DNA from: Fibrobacterales bacterium
GTDB lineage: Bacteria > Fibrobacterota > Fibrobacteria > Fibrobacterales > JAOPTW01
Assembly (NCBI GenBank): GCA_051532055.1
Contig: JAOPTX010000009.1
Span: 16,262 to 80,261, forward strand
Reading direction: 5' to 3'
Length of the DNA stretch: 64,000 nt
Each line of letters opens with the position of its first letter. The first letter of the stretch is position 1. This document shows, in pieces, positions 9,798-19,237 of the stretch. A program made the position numbers and the translations under genes. The notes beneath the pieces are model-generated. The model saw only the letters and a list, made by a program, of their open reading frames with translations. It did no database searches and was not told the origin of the DNA.

Positions 9798-11205
9798 GTG
9801 TTTATTTAATTTGTTGATTGTATCATTTATCATTTTAATAATTACTGGGTGCTCAAACTCAGACGACTCTTCAACAGGAATAACAATAGATACAGGTAAT
9901 GTTATTACTGCAGAAATAGAGAATGCTGATGGCTCTATTCCTGATTCTGTTCAATTGCGAATAGTGCCCTTGGATAGTCTTAATGATTTTAGTCGGCCTG
10001 TAGGTGATGTGCTTGTAGCTATAACAGGAGAAGCGGATCTCGAGGTGTCTTTGGAGGCGCTTTCAGATAGTGATCGATATTTTGTCGAATTTATTTCCTT
10101 GGGTAGTGCTGCTTCACATAATTCTACAATTGAAGAGGGGGACCCCGATTGGGAGCCCGCTAAAGGCTTATGGATACGAGGGGCGACGAAGAAAGAAATT
10201 TCTATGATATTACAGAGGCCAATCTATTTGACAGAAATGCAAACGTTGCAAGGAGTAGTGGATACTGAAGTAGTTCAATCTCCTAAAAAAGTTAGAATTG
10301 TGCATACAGATATTATAGCGGATGTCGATGAAGATGGATATTATGAGTTTACACAAGTCCCTCGAGGGAGCTATACGTTGCTCTTTTTGGGTAGCTCTGA
10401 TGATGAAGAAAATGATTGGTACTCATTGGATACGGTAGTGAGTGTAGGTCTGAGTGAAGATGTGCTCAGTAGTTCACAAGTGGTACGTGGCCCTAAGAAT
10501 TTGAGTAGTTCTGATGAAATGCCCTCAAGTCGTAGTACTGAGAATGAAGTGAGTCAGAGTTCTTCTTCTTCTAATGGTTCAATGAGTAGTAGTGAATTTA
10601 ATGACCGAGAAAGTATCTCGAGTAGCAGTGTTGGTCTTTCAAGTGAAGAGGTTGCGGTCAGTAGCAGTCAAAGTGATGGTACCGAAAGTGGGTTAGGTAT
10701 AGTTTTATCTTCTTCAGAAATGTACTCATCTGAAAGAGTAGATTATTCATCATCATCATTTGATGGGGAAAGTATTGGAGATGGTGAGTACTCTTCAGCA
10801 GTGGGGCACAGTAGTAGTGAGTCGATTGATTTTACCGATAGTTTAGATCTTTCTCATGTATTGCCACGAGGGACATATATAGGCCCTTGGCGTAATCCTT
10901 ATGGTGAATTTGAACAAGACCCCTATCCAGAGTCACTTTACATAGGTGTTAATACTCAATTTTTATTGCAGCTCGATCAGAATGGTGAGCCTTGGCTTAA
11001 GCTATATGGGAAGTGGAGTCAGATAGGAAATACGATACACGTACTTTATTCTGAATGTCACCACATTATTTCTTCCATTCCTTTGAATGAAGAAATTGTT
11101 AATTGTCCTGACTGGATTAATGATTATAACCGTTTTTTATGGAAAGATGGTAAGCTTTTTTTGGTTAGTGGAATGACACTACAGCAATGGGTGTTTATTG
11201 AATAA
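9787..11205 (+). CDS. Lipoprotein partner of TIGR02147 copy 2 (beta-sandwich, long Ser-rich linker, unknown C-terminal domain)
   Basis: Lipobox ITGC; TGITIDTGNVITA motif; DEDGYYEFTQVPRGSYTL; overlaps upstream stop. Confidence 0.75.
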   Translation: MMNRCLFNLLIVSFIILIITGCSNSDDSSTGITIDTGNVITAEIENADGSIPDSVQLRIVPLDSLNDFSRPVGDVLVAITGEADLEVSLEALSDSDRYFVEFISLGSAASHNSTIEEGDPDWEPAKGLWIRGATKKEISMILQRPIYLTEMQTLQGVVDTEVVQSPKKVRIVHTDIIADVDEDGYYEFTQVPRGSYTLLFLGSSDDEENDWYSLDTVVSVGLSEDVLSSSQVVRGPKNLSSSDEMPSSRSTENEVSQSSSSSNGSMSSSEFNDRESISSSSVGLSSEEVAVSSSQSDGTESGLGIVLSSSEMYSSERVDYSSSSFDGESIGDGEYSSAVGHSSSESIDFTDSLDLSHVLPRGTYIGPWRNPYGEFEQDPYPESLYIGVNTQFLLQLDQNGEPWLKLYGKWSQIGNTIHVLYSECHHIISSIPLNEEIVNCPDWINDYNRFLWKDGKLFLVSGMTLQQWVFIE

Positions 11206-11406
11206 CAAGTGTTAGCTGATGCTCTTTCATCTACTTATATCTTTTTGATTTTAACGTATAGGCAAAGATTATCTAGCTGAGAATTCAGATGTATATATGT
11301 ATTTGTTTTTACTTGCCAGTCAAGTTTATCATACCTACTTTTACTTGTGCTAGTGTTCAGTATATACATTGTATGATGAAAATGTATATACTGAAGAAAT
11401 ATAAAG

Positions 11407-11712
11407 ATGAGAAAGAGTATGGAAAAATTTTTAGTCGTAATATCCTTTATTGTACTCGGTGTAGGAGCTGCAGTTAATGTCAGTTACTTTGAACAATTTC
11501 ATAATGTGGATATCTCTCAACTATGGCGTTCAAATGATGTGGTACGAAAAGGTACAGTTCTCGATCATGTGGAATATGTTGCTTGTGATAAAAATATAGA
11601 AGAAGTGAATTCTTGTATAAATCCTCATATTAAAACAGGTTCTCTCACTGGTAACACAACTCTTATCGAATCTCTTGTCAATGGTGGTTCAATTATGTTG
11701 TCCCTAAAATAA
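11407..11712 (+). CDS. Small hypothetical exported protein
   Basis: 101 aa, hydrophobic N-terminus, two Cys; start may be the second Met. Confidence 0.5.
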   Translation: MRKSMEKFLVVISFIVLGVGAAVNVSYFEQFHNVDISQLWRSNDVVRKGTVLDHVEYVACDKNIEEVNSCINPHIKTGSLTGNTTLIESLVNGGSIMLSLK

Positions 11713-11878
11713 CTAAATTACTCGTTGCTTTAGGCTTCGAAAGCTCAAGAAACGGTATCAATTAATACTTCAAAATGTAAACTTTGTATGTTGCATAGTC
11801 TTAAAGAGCGGAATCTATTGAATTTATATTTGAGTTAGGTACTTTGGTTCCCGTAAGCAAGGGCATTCGGGACTGGTA

Positions 11879-13771
11879 ATGAAAAATTATGTGAGATACG
11901 CTTGTGTCTTTCTGGTACTTCTAGTAAGTGCACTTTTATTGGAGTGTACAAATACTGAGATCCTGCAAAAACCCATTACAGTATCTGATAGAACTGATGG
12001 TAATGACGATCAGATTACTAATGAAGATTTAATAGAGCTGATACAGTCCCTCGAAGAATTTGACTCATTAATAGAATACCAAGATGTGGAACTTTCAGAA
12101 AATGAGTTGCTATATCTCGATTCTCTCGATAGTATTTTTAATGTCAAAACAGCCTTTCTTTTGGCCTATAATGACTCATTATTAGAGGAAGCACAAATAG
12201 CTATACTCTTTTATCAATCAACTGATGATACTTTACTTCTTGAACAATATACACAAAAGGTTGAAAAAATATCTTTTGACATAAGGGTCACTAAGGAATT
12301 TCAACAAAGAAAAGAGCGACTACCGGTGATTTCAAAAAATGTAGGTATTGGAGGCGGGCATTTGCCCGATACTACTCACGATAGCTCGTGGCCTATAGAG
12401 CCTCCATCACTTTTTCCATCAAGTAGTAATAACATAGGTGTGTCAAGTTCAGAATTTAGGGACTTCAATCGAGCGCCAGATTTGGCCCATGGAGATAGTA
12501 TTCAAAAGATAATTATGGAGGATGCAGGTGTACACTCTATGACGCTTATCGCTCATGATATTGAAGGGGATATGTTGTATTGGTCTGTGAATGTGGATAG
12601 TACAATATTTAAAATTGATACCAAAGAGAACGATAGCTCAATGGTCGTTGAGTATTTTGTTTCTAATAATGTTTCGGGTGAATTTGCTTTTAAGGTATAT
12701 GTATCGGATGGCAATAAACAGGACTCTATAAAAATAATTGTTAAAGTTCTGGCGGTAAATGATGCGCCACAATATGGTGACTTTTCGGTTGTATCAGGTG
12801 ACCCTCTTACTTCTCGGGTATTATCGGTTGTGGCTGGCGGAGTGTGTACTGATACTCTGGATGATGAAAGCAGTATGACATTGCCTTTTACTTATCAGTG
12901 GTTTTATACAGAAAATGATGCCGGAAATGAGGGTCGTCTGATAGGAGATGGGGATTCATTGACTATTGGAGATTCATTAGTTGGCGGGTATATATATAGT
13001 GTTGTCTCGTGCATGGATGATAGTAGTGCTGTTGCCTTTGATAGGAGTGCTCTTGTAGGGCCTATTGAAGACGGTGTAAAGGCGGGTGATGTTCTAAGTT
13101 TTGATGCAGCTCATAAGCAGTATGTTGAATTGCCGGATTATGAGATAGAGTACAATAAAGGTTTTACCATTGAGGCAATTGTTAAGTGGGATGTTGTTGG
13201 GGAAGGCGCACGTATTATTGAGATTGGAAATGATTCAGTAAATAATGTATCTGCAGAGAATATTGTATTAAAGGTTGAAAAGCCTAATCGGTTGGTATTT
13301 TTACACAGTGACTCACCAGGTTCGTGGAGCACTATCTATGCCGATGGTGTTATTCAGACAGGAGAATGGATACATGTGGCGGTGACTGTCAATGGTGAAG
13401 GTGTTGCACGTTTATACAGGAATGGTCAGTTGCAGGAAGTTAATGGTGGGGGTATTACTGAGTTTCAATTAAAGCCTATTATAAATCACCGAAGAACAAG
13501 TAACTATATAGGGAAAAGTACCTGGGATAAAGAAAATTCTTATTTTGATGGTCGAATTGATGAAATTCGTATTTGGCAAATCCGAAGAAGCTCAGCACAA
13601 ATTCAAAATAATTGGAGTAAGGATTTTGTCGATTTTGAAGAAACTGATGGTATTTATGCTGTTTATGATTTTAATCAAGAATCAGGGTCGGCCTTGATTG
13701 ATATTGTTGAGGGTAAAGACGGACAGCTCATTAATTATGTGAGCCCTCAATGGGGCTTAAAGCTTCCTTAA
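11879..13771 (+). CDS. Lipoprotein with cadherin/Ig-like domains and C-terminal LamG domain
   Basis: LLEC lipobox-like; NRAP...VSDG...VNDAP; FTIEAIVK, WIHVAVT, LYRNG, FDGRIDEIRIW. Confidence 0.75.
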   Translation: MKNYVRYACVFLVLLVSALLLECTNTEILQKPITVSDRTDGNDDQITNEDLIELIQSLEEFDSLIEYQDVELSENELLYLDSLDSIFNVKTAFLLAYNDSLLEEAQIAILFYQSTDDTLLLEQYTQKVEKISFDIRVTKEFQQRKERLPVISKNVGIGGGHLPDTTHDSSWPIEPPSLFPSSSNNIGVSSSEFRDFNRAPDLAHGDSIQKIIMEDAGVHSMTLIAHDIEGDMLYWSVNVDSTIFKIDTKENDSSMVVEYFVSNNVSGEFAFKVYVSDGNKQDSIKIIVKVLAVNDAPQYGDFSVVSGDPLTSRVLSVVAGGVCTDTLDDESSMTLPFTYQWFYTENDAGNEGRLIGDGDSLTIGDSLVGGYIYSVVSCMDDSSAVAFDRSALVGPIEDGVKAGDVLSFDAAHKQYVELPDYEIEYNKGFTIEAIVKWDVVGEGARIIEIGNDSVNNVSAENIVLKVEKPNRLVFLHSDSPGSWSTIYADGVIQTGEWIHVAVTVNGEGVARLYRNGQLQEVNGGGITEFQLKPIINHRRTSNYIGKSTWDKENSYFDGRIDEIRIWQIRRSSAQIQNNWSKDFVDFEETDGIYAVYDFNQESGSALIDIVEGKDGQLINYVSPQWGLKLP

Positions 13772-13819
13772 TAATTTTTTTATTCACTTCTTGAGATGTG
13801 CCTATGAAGATTAAAAGTA

Positions 13820-15646
13820 TTACTTCAGAGCCTGAATAGATGTAGTTGATTCTGTAGGGAAGTTGTCTGGCTTGGTATAGGTTACAGTGGCGGTCGCAGC
13901 CCACTCAGTCCCTCTTATAAATGACGTTTGAAGTCCGACACAATCCATCACAATACTTGTAGTACTGTTGTCCCCAATATGGCCGTAGTTGCCGTTGTAG
14001 ATGCGTGCTGTTCCATGGGATACTATCCAGTCAAAAGGGGCTAATTGTTTGCTGGTGGTGTCTTGAGCAAGAGAGAGTATTTCCATGTTGAGGAGAGGGC
14101 CCCTGAGATCGCGATCAAGAGTGTCAATGGTGTGAAGCCACGTTGGCGGGAGATCTGCAACAATTGGGTGTGTTGAGTGTGTGATGATTTTAGTCGTGCT
14201 GGTAAGTTGCTCTGAAGGTTGGCTTGTGTTGGTTGGGAGTGTATCAAAAGATAGGTCCTGATTAATACTTATGCCAGGAAATGACCCAATAGGGTTTTTA
14301 CCGAGCCCCATAATTTCTTGCATAACTGTCCATTGGCCGTGAACATTTCTTCCTGACTGAGGTATTACCACACCGCCACCATTGGATAGATAGCTTTCAA
14401 AAGCACTTTGCATAGATTGAGACCAAGGGTTTGTAAGGTTGTTTGTGCTCCAGTTACTCGCAAAATTTAAAATAACAACATCATAAGTATTAAAGGGGAT
14501 TGACCAACTATCCCATATTGATGCAGTTACCCCCGGAATAGGTGAGGTCGCTACGTCAATAGTAAAGCGTTTGGTTGATTCGAGAATGAGTTTGTAGTAA
14601 TCGGTAGTCAGTTCCCAATTGTGATCATTAATGCCGTCTATTATAACTGCTTTTATCAGAAAAGGTATTGAAACCTCAAGTTTGTTTCGCCCATCAGTAA
14701 TCAGAGATGATCGAATGACGGTGTCTCGTGTTGGATTGCTACTCACGGCAGTTAGGGTAAGGGTGTCATGGGGGAGGTTGCTAAAGGTGTATCGTTGTCC
14801 ATTTGAGACTTGTTGTTGTAATCCATTACTCAAGCTAATGGTAATTAATTCTGAATCAGATTGTGGGGCAGATACAATGCCTGTAATTACACTCAGGGAG
14901 TCGGGCGTAGGAATTACCGGAGCTATTGTATCTTCTCCTGAATTCGGCTCGTCTTGTATTGTGTCTGTTGGGTTTAAAGAAAGTGATTGAAAGTACAATG
15001 TGGCTGTAGTAATGCTGTCGGCATACACAGTGATATTTGAGGTGTCTTTAGGGTTGGTACCTATGGTGGGACTTGTCATCCGTATAGTGTATGTACCAAA
15101 GGGCAGATTCATAAAAGTGAAAGTGTTAAAGGCTGTGTCTACAGTGGTAGAATACTGTGTGCCAAGGAGTTGTATTGTTAATGGTACCTTGGGGGAGTCA
15201 ATAAATGAAATCATGCCAAGGAGTGATCCTGTTGGGCGCGTGAGGAGTGACTGTGTTAGAGTGATAGGGCTTTGGTCGGGTTTGTGTAAGGTGTGCTGTA
15301 CCGCGAAGCTATCTGATGTGGTGGCTACAATAAGGAATGAGCCAGTGTCGCTGGTATTAAATGAAAATTCACCTCTATCATTAGTAGTGTCAATTAATGG
15401 GTAGGTGATGCTTGAAGCTACTTTCGCTGCATTTTGCTGAGCGCCATTGTATGGGGTAGGTGATAGTGTGACAACTGCAGATACAGCAAGGGTACTATCT
15501 GGTAGTGTGATGGTTCCGGCGATACTATTGGGTATTTCGGTTCCGCCAGCCCCCCCTGCAAGAGAATCAGAAACTGAGCAGTTTAAAAGAGTGAGTACAC
15601 AGAAGATGGAAATTAAGGAATAGAGAAAAAGTGAATGTTTAAGCAT
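13820..15646 (-). CDS. Lipoprotein partner of TIGR02147 copy 3: beta-sandwich repeats + ThuA-like domain (ORF track start 15661; ATG 15646 preferred)
   Basis: LLNC lipobox; AGGTEIPNSIAG motif; IIDGINDHNW...YDVVILN...GGGVV...GH ThuA-like; GGAGG before ATG 15646. Confidence 0.75.
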   Translation of the reverse strand: MLKHSLFLYSLISIFCVLTLLNCSVSDSLAGGAGGTEIPNSIAGTITLPDSTLAVSAVVTLSPTPYNGAQQNAAKVASSITYPLIDTTNDRGEFSFNTSDTGSFLIVATTSDSFAVQHTLHKPDQSPITLTQSLLTRPTGSLLGMISFIDSPKVPLTIQLLGTQYSTTVDTAFNTFTFMNLPFGTYTIRMTSPTIGTNPKDTSNITVYADSITTATLYFQSLSLNPTDTIQDEPNSGEDTIAPVIPTPDSLSVITGIVSAPQSDSELITISLSNGLQQQVSNGQRYTFSNLPHDTLTLTAVSSNPTRDTVIRSSLITDGRNKLEVSIPFLIKAVIIDGINDHNWELTTDYYKLILESTKRFTIDVATSPIPGVTASIWDSWSIPFNTYDVVILNFASNWSTNNLTNPWSQSMQSAFESYLSNGGGVVIPQSGRNVHGQWTVMQEIMGLGKNPIGSFPGISINQDLSFDTLPTNTSQPSEQLTSTTKIITHSTHPIVADLPPTWLHTIDTLDRDLRGPLLNMEILSLAQDTTSKQLAPFDWIVSHGTARIYNGNYGHIGDNSTTSIVMDCVGLQTSFIRGTEWAATATVTYTKPDNFPTESTTSIQALK

Positions 15647-16472
15647 CAAATCCTCCATCAAGCTTTTTGGTTAATGGAAAGAGTTGTAGATTGAGTTGGA
15701 TAACTCTATTGGGGTGTTGTTCTTGGCGTGCTAATTCAAGAAATTCTTGGCGGAGTTCTGCAAGTTTTTGAGAATAGGTTTCGAGTAATGTATCCGAGCA
15801 AGTCAACGTAACCGATGATATATCGCGTTCATTTCGAGACACTTTTTCCAGTGCCGTTATGCCAAGTTGCATAAGGGCGTGTTGATGACTTGAGACTGCT
15901 ATTGAACGCCACTCTTCCCCAAGAGTAATTGTTTGAGGAAGATGTTTAAATACTCCGTCTTTCCCTTGTGTTATAAAACCAAGGCGGAGGAGTAGAGCGA
16001 TTGCCTCTTTGGCTTCGGTGGGTGATATTTTTGGAAGTAAGCTGTGTCCAAGTTCTTTATAGTTGTCGGATACAGGAGTAATGGCAATTATTTCACGAAT
16101 AGCAGGGATGTACCACTCTTTAAAATAGGCATATTGATCAGGGGTCACTGTTGTGATGCAACTCCGTTTATGGGATACTATTTTTTTAAAGTATTGAGCT
16201 TTTAGATCGTGAGTCTTTGCTTGATCATAGTTTACGAGAAGTAAAAAATATGCGGCTTCATTTTTGTCATGCTCAAATACTTTCGAAAATTGCTTGGTGA
16301 GGGCGGGGGTTATGTTTCTTTTTCCGCTGAGTACCCATGAAAAAAATCCGGTTGATTTTAGTCCTGCTAATTCAGAAATAGTGGCATGAGTAAAGCGCTT
16401 GTCCTTTGACTTGCGTTTAAGGTAGGCGTCTTTTAAATAGCGCCTATATTGAATGTACTCAAATACTTGCAT
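15639..16472 (-). CDS. TIGR02147 family protein, copy 3
   Basis: VFEYIQYRRYL, AGLKSTGFFSWVLSGKRNIT, WYIPAIRE, RDISSVT, IQLNLQLFPLT. Confidence 0.85.
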   Translation of the reverse strand: MQVFEYIQYRRYLKDAYLKRKSKDKRFTHATISELAGLKSTGFFSWVLSGKRNITPALTKQFSKVFEHDKNEAAYFLLLVNYDQAKTHDLKAQYFKKIVSHKRSCITTVTPDQYAYFKEWYIPAIREIIAITPVSDNYKELGHSLLPKISPTEAKEAIALLLRLGFITQGKDGVFKHLPQTITLGEEWRSIAVSSHQHALMQLGITALEKVSRNERDISSVTLTCSDTLLETYSQKLAELRQEFLELARQEQHPNRVIQLNLQLFPLTKKLDGGFDA

Positions 16473-16947
16473 AAATCTCCCTACTAAAATATACCTTATA
16501 ACGAGAAAAAACGGATTGTGAGTTGCAATGATTTAGGGGGATTTGGTGAGAAAAAAAGACGTCAAAATTGGTTTGTTACTATTTGTAAATAATGGGTTCT
16601 TGTAATAAATACAGCAAATTTAGCCAAATACCGTGTTATTGGGCATGTGTATCATAAAGTGGTTAATCTGTAGGTTGGTTGTAGAATGGTGACTCATATT
16701 ATGGTAGCGATAATTAGTGAGTAAATAGGGTGGCACCAGCGGTATAGCCTTAATGAAATGTGGCGTTTACCAAATCGATACAATACTTCAGTATTGTTGA
16801 CCATAATAAGAGAGTTATGGGTGAATAGCAGGCCTATTAAGGTTATTTGGGCCAGTTTTGATGGTATTATTATAATTTAATGAGGATTCAGAGGGGCTTA
16901 ATTGCAATGCTGAATGTATTAAACATGATGAATAAAGGGTTTGGTCC

Positions 16948-18531
16948 GTGGTCCAGGTAATGAGTTTTTTAATAGTAGTGTCTTTGTCGTTTGTTGTATT
17001 GGGGTGTTGGGGGGATACACCCTCATCAAATAGCAATAGTGATTCTTTCTCAAGTGAAATGAATAGTCACAGTAGTTCACAAAATATGGAGCCTTCAAGT
17101 GAGGTAGTAGTTGATGTATCTTCTGATATTACAGAGCCAAGTAGTGAGGATAGCTCAGAAGGAACTATTGTGAGCAGTGAAAGTGCGTTGAGTAGCAAAG
17201 AAGAAATAGATTCAATATTAGAGGGAAGTGATTGGTCATATTATAAAACAATTGATGGGATGGGTCGAAAGGAACAGACTGAATATGTTTTTGATGACGA
17301 TACCGTGCGAACCTATGAGTTAGTAATACCCGAAGAGAATTTAGCCTACCTCGATGATGCGCCCATGCGAGAGGAGTACGTTACCGGTAGTTTGATCGTT
17401 GATGGTGATACTATTTCGCCAGTGGGGATTCGGTATAAAGGAAACGAGGGCGCTTGGTACGGTTGTGTCGTGGGAGGCCCGTGGGGCGGTGGTATGGGGG
17501 ATAAACAGTGCCCTCTTAATATGAAGGTTAAAATAAATTGGGAGGGACGTGATACTACCTTTTTTGGCTTAAAAAAATATCAACTTCATGCAATGAATGC
17601 GTATGATTCCGAATTGCGGGAGCGTATTGGGTATTGGTTTTATCGAGAAATGGGGATTCCAGCTCCTCGAGTTGTACATGTGAAATTAAAGATCAATGGA
17701 GAGTACGAGGGTTTGTATGCCCATGTTGAACAGATAGATGGCCGATTTACTCGATATAATTTTGAAGATGGAACCGGTAATCTTTATAAAGAGGTATGGC
17801 CTTTAAGACATGATAGCACTGCAACGATAATTGGTGATTATGAGCGTGCCCTAAAAACGAATGAAGATGAAAATCCATCTGTTGCTTTAATTCTGGGATT
17901 TGGGGAGCAGCTTGAAGAGGCGGATACTATTGACGGAGTAAAAGAGGTTTTGGAAACATATATGGATATTGATGCACTGAACACTATTGCAGCAGTATCA
18001 TACGTACTTGATGATGATGATGGTCTCTTTCATTGGTATGCACATAGTGCAACCACCAAAACTGCAGCGGGTCCACACAACTTTTTTATATACGAAGAGC
18101 CAACTACTCAAAAAATACATTTGATTCCTTGGGATAATGATTTGGTTCTTGATAAGGTTGCGGTAAAGGATACAATGAATGCCGTTGAAATTTGGGATGA
18201 CTTTGGCGAAACTTCTCATGGATGTGAGACATTTGGAAATGGATGGAATCAGAGATCGGCTGCATGTGATAAGATGATTGCAGCGTGGGCATCGTATACT
18301 GAGGGATATACAGAGGCATTACGGATGCTTTATGACGGCCCTTTTCAGCGTTATGAGTCGGTACTGGATAAATGGACTGACCAGCTTAGGCCGGTGGTTG
18401 TTGAAATGGCGGCTGAAGGCGCTAAAGCAATTTCTCTTTCGGGATGGGAACGAGGTGTTGAAAAATTAAAGTCTGAACTGAAGGACTCGGAGCAATTGCT
18501 TCTCGAAAAATTATCGAGTTCTGATCAATAG
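16948..18531 (+). CDS. CotH kinase family lipoprotein (acidic)
   Basis: VLGC lipobox, Ser-rich linker, GIRYKGN, LRERIGY, GLYAHVEQID, HNFFIY, IPWDND. Confidence 0.85.
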   Translation: MVQVMSFLIVVSLSFVVLGCWGDTPSSNSNSDSFSSEMNSHSSSQNMEPSSEVVVDVSSDITEPSSEDSSEGTIVSSESALSSKEEIDSILEGSDWSYYKTIDGMGRKEQTEYVFDDDTVRTYELVIPEENLAYLDDAPMREEYVTGSLIVDGDTISPVGIRYKGNEGAWYGCVVGGPWGGGMGDKQCPLNMKVKINWEGRDTTFFGLKKYQLHAMNAYDSELRERIGYWFYREMGIPAPRVVHVKLKINGEYEGLYAHVEQIDGRFTRYNFEDGTGNLYKEVWPLRHDSTATIIGDYERALKTNEDENPSVALILGFGEQLEEADTIDGVKEVLETYMDIDALNTIAAVSYVLDDDDGLFHWYAHSATTKTAAGPHNFFIYEEPTTQKIHLIPWDNDLVLDKVAVKDTMNAVEIWDDFGETSHGCETFGNGWNQRSAACDKMIAAWASYTEGYTEALRMLYDGPFQRYESVLDKWTDQLRPVVVEMAAEGAKAISLSGWERGVEKLKSELKDSEQLLLEKLSSSDQ

Positions 18532-18653
18532 ATAGAGTTATACTAAATAAGGGCTCAAGGCTAGTGTAACTTTGTAATCAATACCGTCCTCGGGTATTAA
18601 ATATTTTGAATTTTCTATTTTCAGAATAGTATTAACAAATCAAGAGAATAGAT

Positions 18654-19199
18654 ATGGGCCAGCGATTTACAGAAATTTCTGATGAGCACTCAAAATTTAT
18701 TAAGGAACAAATGCTGTTCTTTGTTGCGACAGCAATGCATGATGGTCGCGTTAATCTTTCACCCAAAGGCATGGATTCATTTAAAGTTCTCGGTTCGAAT
18801 CGAGTAGTTTGGCTCAATGTGACAGGGAGTGGAAATGAAACAGCTACTCATGTACAGCATGACTCTCGTATGACCATAATGTTCACGTCATTTACTCAAC
18901 AACCACTCATACTGCGACTGTATGGTGCCGCAAAAGTCGTTCACTCTTATGATGAGGAGTGGAAAGAGTATATTGAATATTTTCCAAAAACAGCGGGGAG
19001 TCGTCAAGTATTTGATGTTACCATTGACCTCGTTCAAGCTTCATGTGGTATGTCAATCCCCTTTTATGAATATCAAAACGAACGAACTTTGTTAACAGAG
19101 TGGGCTGAGGGTAAGGGTGAGGATGGCATGAACCAATATAGGAATGAAAAGAACCAAGTGAGCCTTGATGGACATGAGACTCATGTAATAAAAAAATAA
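18654..19199 (+). CDS. Pyridoxamine 5'-phosphate oxidase-like FMN-binding protein
   Basis: FFVATA..GRVNLSPKG, TGSGNET, SCG..P motifs. Confidence 0.85.
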   Translation: MGQRFTEISDEHSKFIKEQMLFFVATAMHDGRVNLSPKGMDSFKVLGSNRVVWLNVTGSGNETATHVQHDSRMTIMFTSFTQQPLILRLYGAAKVVHSYDEEWKEYIEYFPKTAGSRQVFDVTIDLVQASCGMSIPFYEYQNERTLLTEWAEGKGEDGMNQYRNEKNQVSLDGHETHVIKK

Positions 19200-19227
19200 G
19201 TAACCGGTAGGGGTGCCTACCGGTTAC
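19200..19227 (-). terminator. Hairpin/terminator between convergent genes
   Basis: GTAACCGGTAGG-GGTG-CCTACCGGTTAC, with a T tract on the minus strand. Confidence 0.7.
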
Positions 19228-19237
19228 CGTTACGGTA

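Noticed and set aside
16948..18531. CotH as evidence of sporulation
   Set aside because: CotH kinases are widespread in non-sporulating bacteria; these copies are lipoproteins in a diderm context (TonB-dependent receptor present).
18580..18598. AATACC-N7-GGTATT as a second site for the LuxR-type regulator
   Set aside because: The spacer differs by one base from the 5300 site; a single AT-rich palindrome is insufficient evidence.
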